Assembly: GCA_032718475.1 (NCBI GenBank)
Contig: JAUCBJ010004109.1
Coordinates: forward strand, 31,452 to 95,451
Reading direction: 5' to 3'
From: Nemertoderma westbladi
Lineage: Eukaryota; Animalia; Xenacoelomorpha
DNA: 64,000 nt
Shown here: piece by piece, positions 62,450-64,000 of the stretch
Layout of the letters: each line of letters starts with the position of its first letter
How positions within the stretch are numbered: position 1 is the first letter of the stretch
Position numbers and translations under genes: made by a program
The notes under the pieces: generated by a model
What the model saw: the letters and a program-made list of their open reading frames with translations, nothing else
The model's database searches: none
What the model was told of the DNA's origin: nothing

Positions 62450-63003
62450 CATAAATCTGTTGCTAAGGAGGTTACTAGGGCCGGGTTGGCGGACCGCAAT
62501 GGAATTTCGAAAATTTTCATCTTTAACAAAGTGTTTATAACAGTTTCGGGACAACATTGATGCATTTTGATTAACTTTCAATAAACACACTGGTTAAGAG
62601 ACGAGATTTACTAACATTCACCATGAACTTGTATCCTAAAATAGAAAAAACCCATTTTTGAGCAAAAAACTTTGAAGCCCAAAAAAAGGCATTAAATCAA
62701 AAATGCAGAGGTGGCATCCGGCCTAGCTGGATTCGCCATGTCTTGAAGTACAAAAATCAGGTCGATGCCAACCATTAACAAAAAATGACATCTAAATTTA
62801 ATTTTGGGAGTTGGCAGGTAAATTATTATAGCTAATTAAACAATTTATTACACATAACAAATAATTTCTGAAATTTTTTTCTATATGCCCTTTGTGTGTA
62901 GAAAACGTTCTGGGGTACTAGTAGCATAGGCCCTATATGTGTCTCAAATTTTTATATATTGGGTACCACTTTTTGACCAATTTTTTTGTAAGCGGATCCA
63001 TAC

Positions 63004-64000
63004 TGCTGCATGCCACCTGCCGGGAGAATGGGGAAGTGGACTGATTTACGAATCAGTTAGGTATGTAAGCAATATTGCATACCGGAGAATGTAAGAAGCC
63101 ATGTTAGCCAGGATGTGGTTTACTACCCATCTCAGGGGAAAGGGGGCTTAACATAGGGCGAAGGGGATTGGAGGTTATAGGGATAGAATAAGCCAGCCAA
63201 TGGGAGGACCACAGCTGTTGGTGTGTGTATAGAGAGCCAATAATATCAAGCAATATTAACATCAAACTCTGTTTTACCCGGCACTATAACCTTTCAGTTA
63301 TTATCAACTCGGCGATGCACAGGACCTTCAGCTATGATAGAGATTTACCCTGGTCAGTCCCAAAACGCCAACTCGGGTCCCATCACAGTGGAAAAACTCA
63401 CGAACTGCATACAAGTGATGCCGACGACGACACACCAACACACCAACGATGAGCGAAGCACGTGAGATGCCCCAGAGTTCGGAGGGTGGTGGGAGTCTGC
63501 CGCACACCCTGAGAGAGAGAGAGACTCAATGCTCCGGGAGGTGGCAACTCAGCAGTACCGGCCTGCTACACCGGATCCGCTGTCAGATGATGGTTATTCG
63601 GTTCGAGGGGCAGAAAGCGGATGGGTATAGGAGGAAGGAGGACACGACTCGACATGCAGGAGCAGTGGCGAGGAGAGTATTGGTGCCATCAGCCAACCAG
63701 TAGCCAGAGGTGGCGAGTGGCCCACCAGAACGGCGACAGGCGGGCTTCCGACGGTAGGATGCTGAACGAGACGAGGAGAAGAAAACCAAGAGGAAGATGT
63801 CATGATAAGCGATAGTCTACGACGGGGCTACAATGCCACCCGAAGGATCCTCAAGGATGCCAAGAGAGACGGAAGGGTGAACCAAGATAAGTTAAATCGA
63901 CAACTTGGTGAGTCAGATAAACACTTTCACTATTTAGCCCGTTTTGGGCAGGGTGAGTTAGCTAACGAGAGCGCAAGAGAGGTCGCTGCAGAACTGTTTG
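63004..64000 (+). mobile_element. Possible LTR (63004-63321) and decayed internal region of another LTR element running off the window
   Basis: TGCTGCATGCC...GGCGATGCACA imperfect inverted ends; CCAAT and TATA-like motifs; followed by GGACCTTC and a GC-richer stretch with broken frames. Confidence 0.35.

Overview
This is an AT-rich, repeat-dense stretch of an animal (probably bilaterian invertebrate) nuclear genome, not prokaryotic DNA. Host genes: a 7SL/SRP RNA gene (+ strand), and on the minus strand an intronless SLC35F3/F4-like transporter, MRPL37 (split by a +1 frameshift), an intronless MFF, a disrupted C2H2 zinc-finger gene, and the 3' part of a canonical ankyrin (an ANK-repeat exon plus one 3.5-kb ZU5-ZU5-UPA-DD-tail exon). 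Mobile DNA: an intact Mag-like Gypsy element with identical 165-bp LTRs, an RTE-like LINE with a TSD plus two decayed copies, Mutator-, Tc1- and Harbinger-like MITEs, a tRNA-SINE, and a Helentron/HINE-like family. Main observations: (1) the HINE-like family carries arrays of CTCF-like motifs spaced ~147 bp apart, with copies convergently oriented around host genes; (2) TA-centred insertions resembling transposon excision footprints (TACAGTA, TACTGTA, TACCGGTA, TAGGCCTA) are widespread and break the zinc-finger gene; (3) two kb-scale satellites grew out of MITE subterminal repeats; (4) the young Gypsy RT has IVED in place of YxDD; (5) host genes show strong intron loss. Family assignments rest on motif recognition by eye; no database searches were run.
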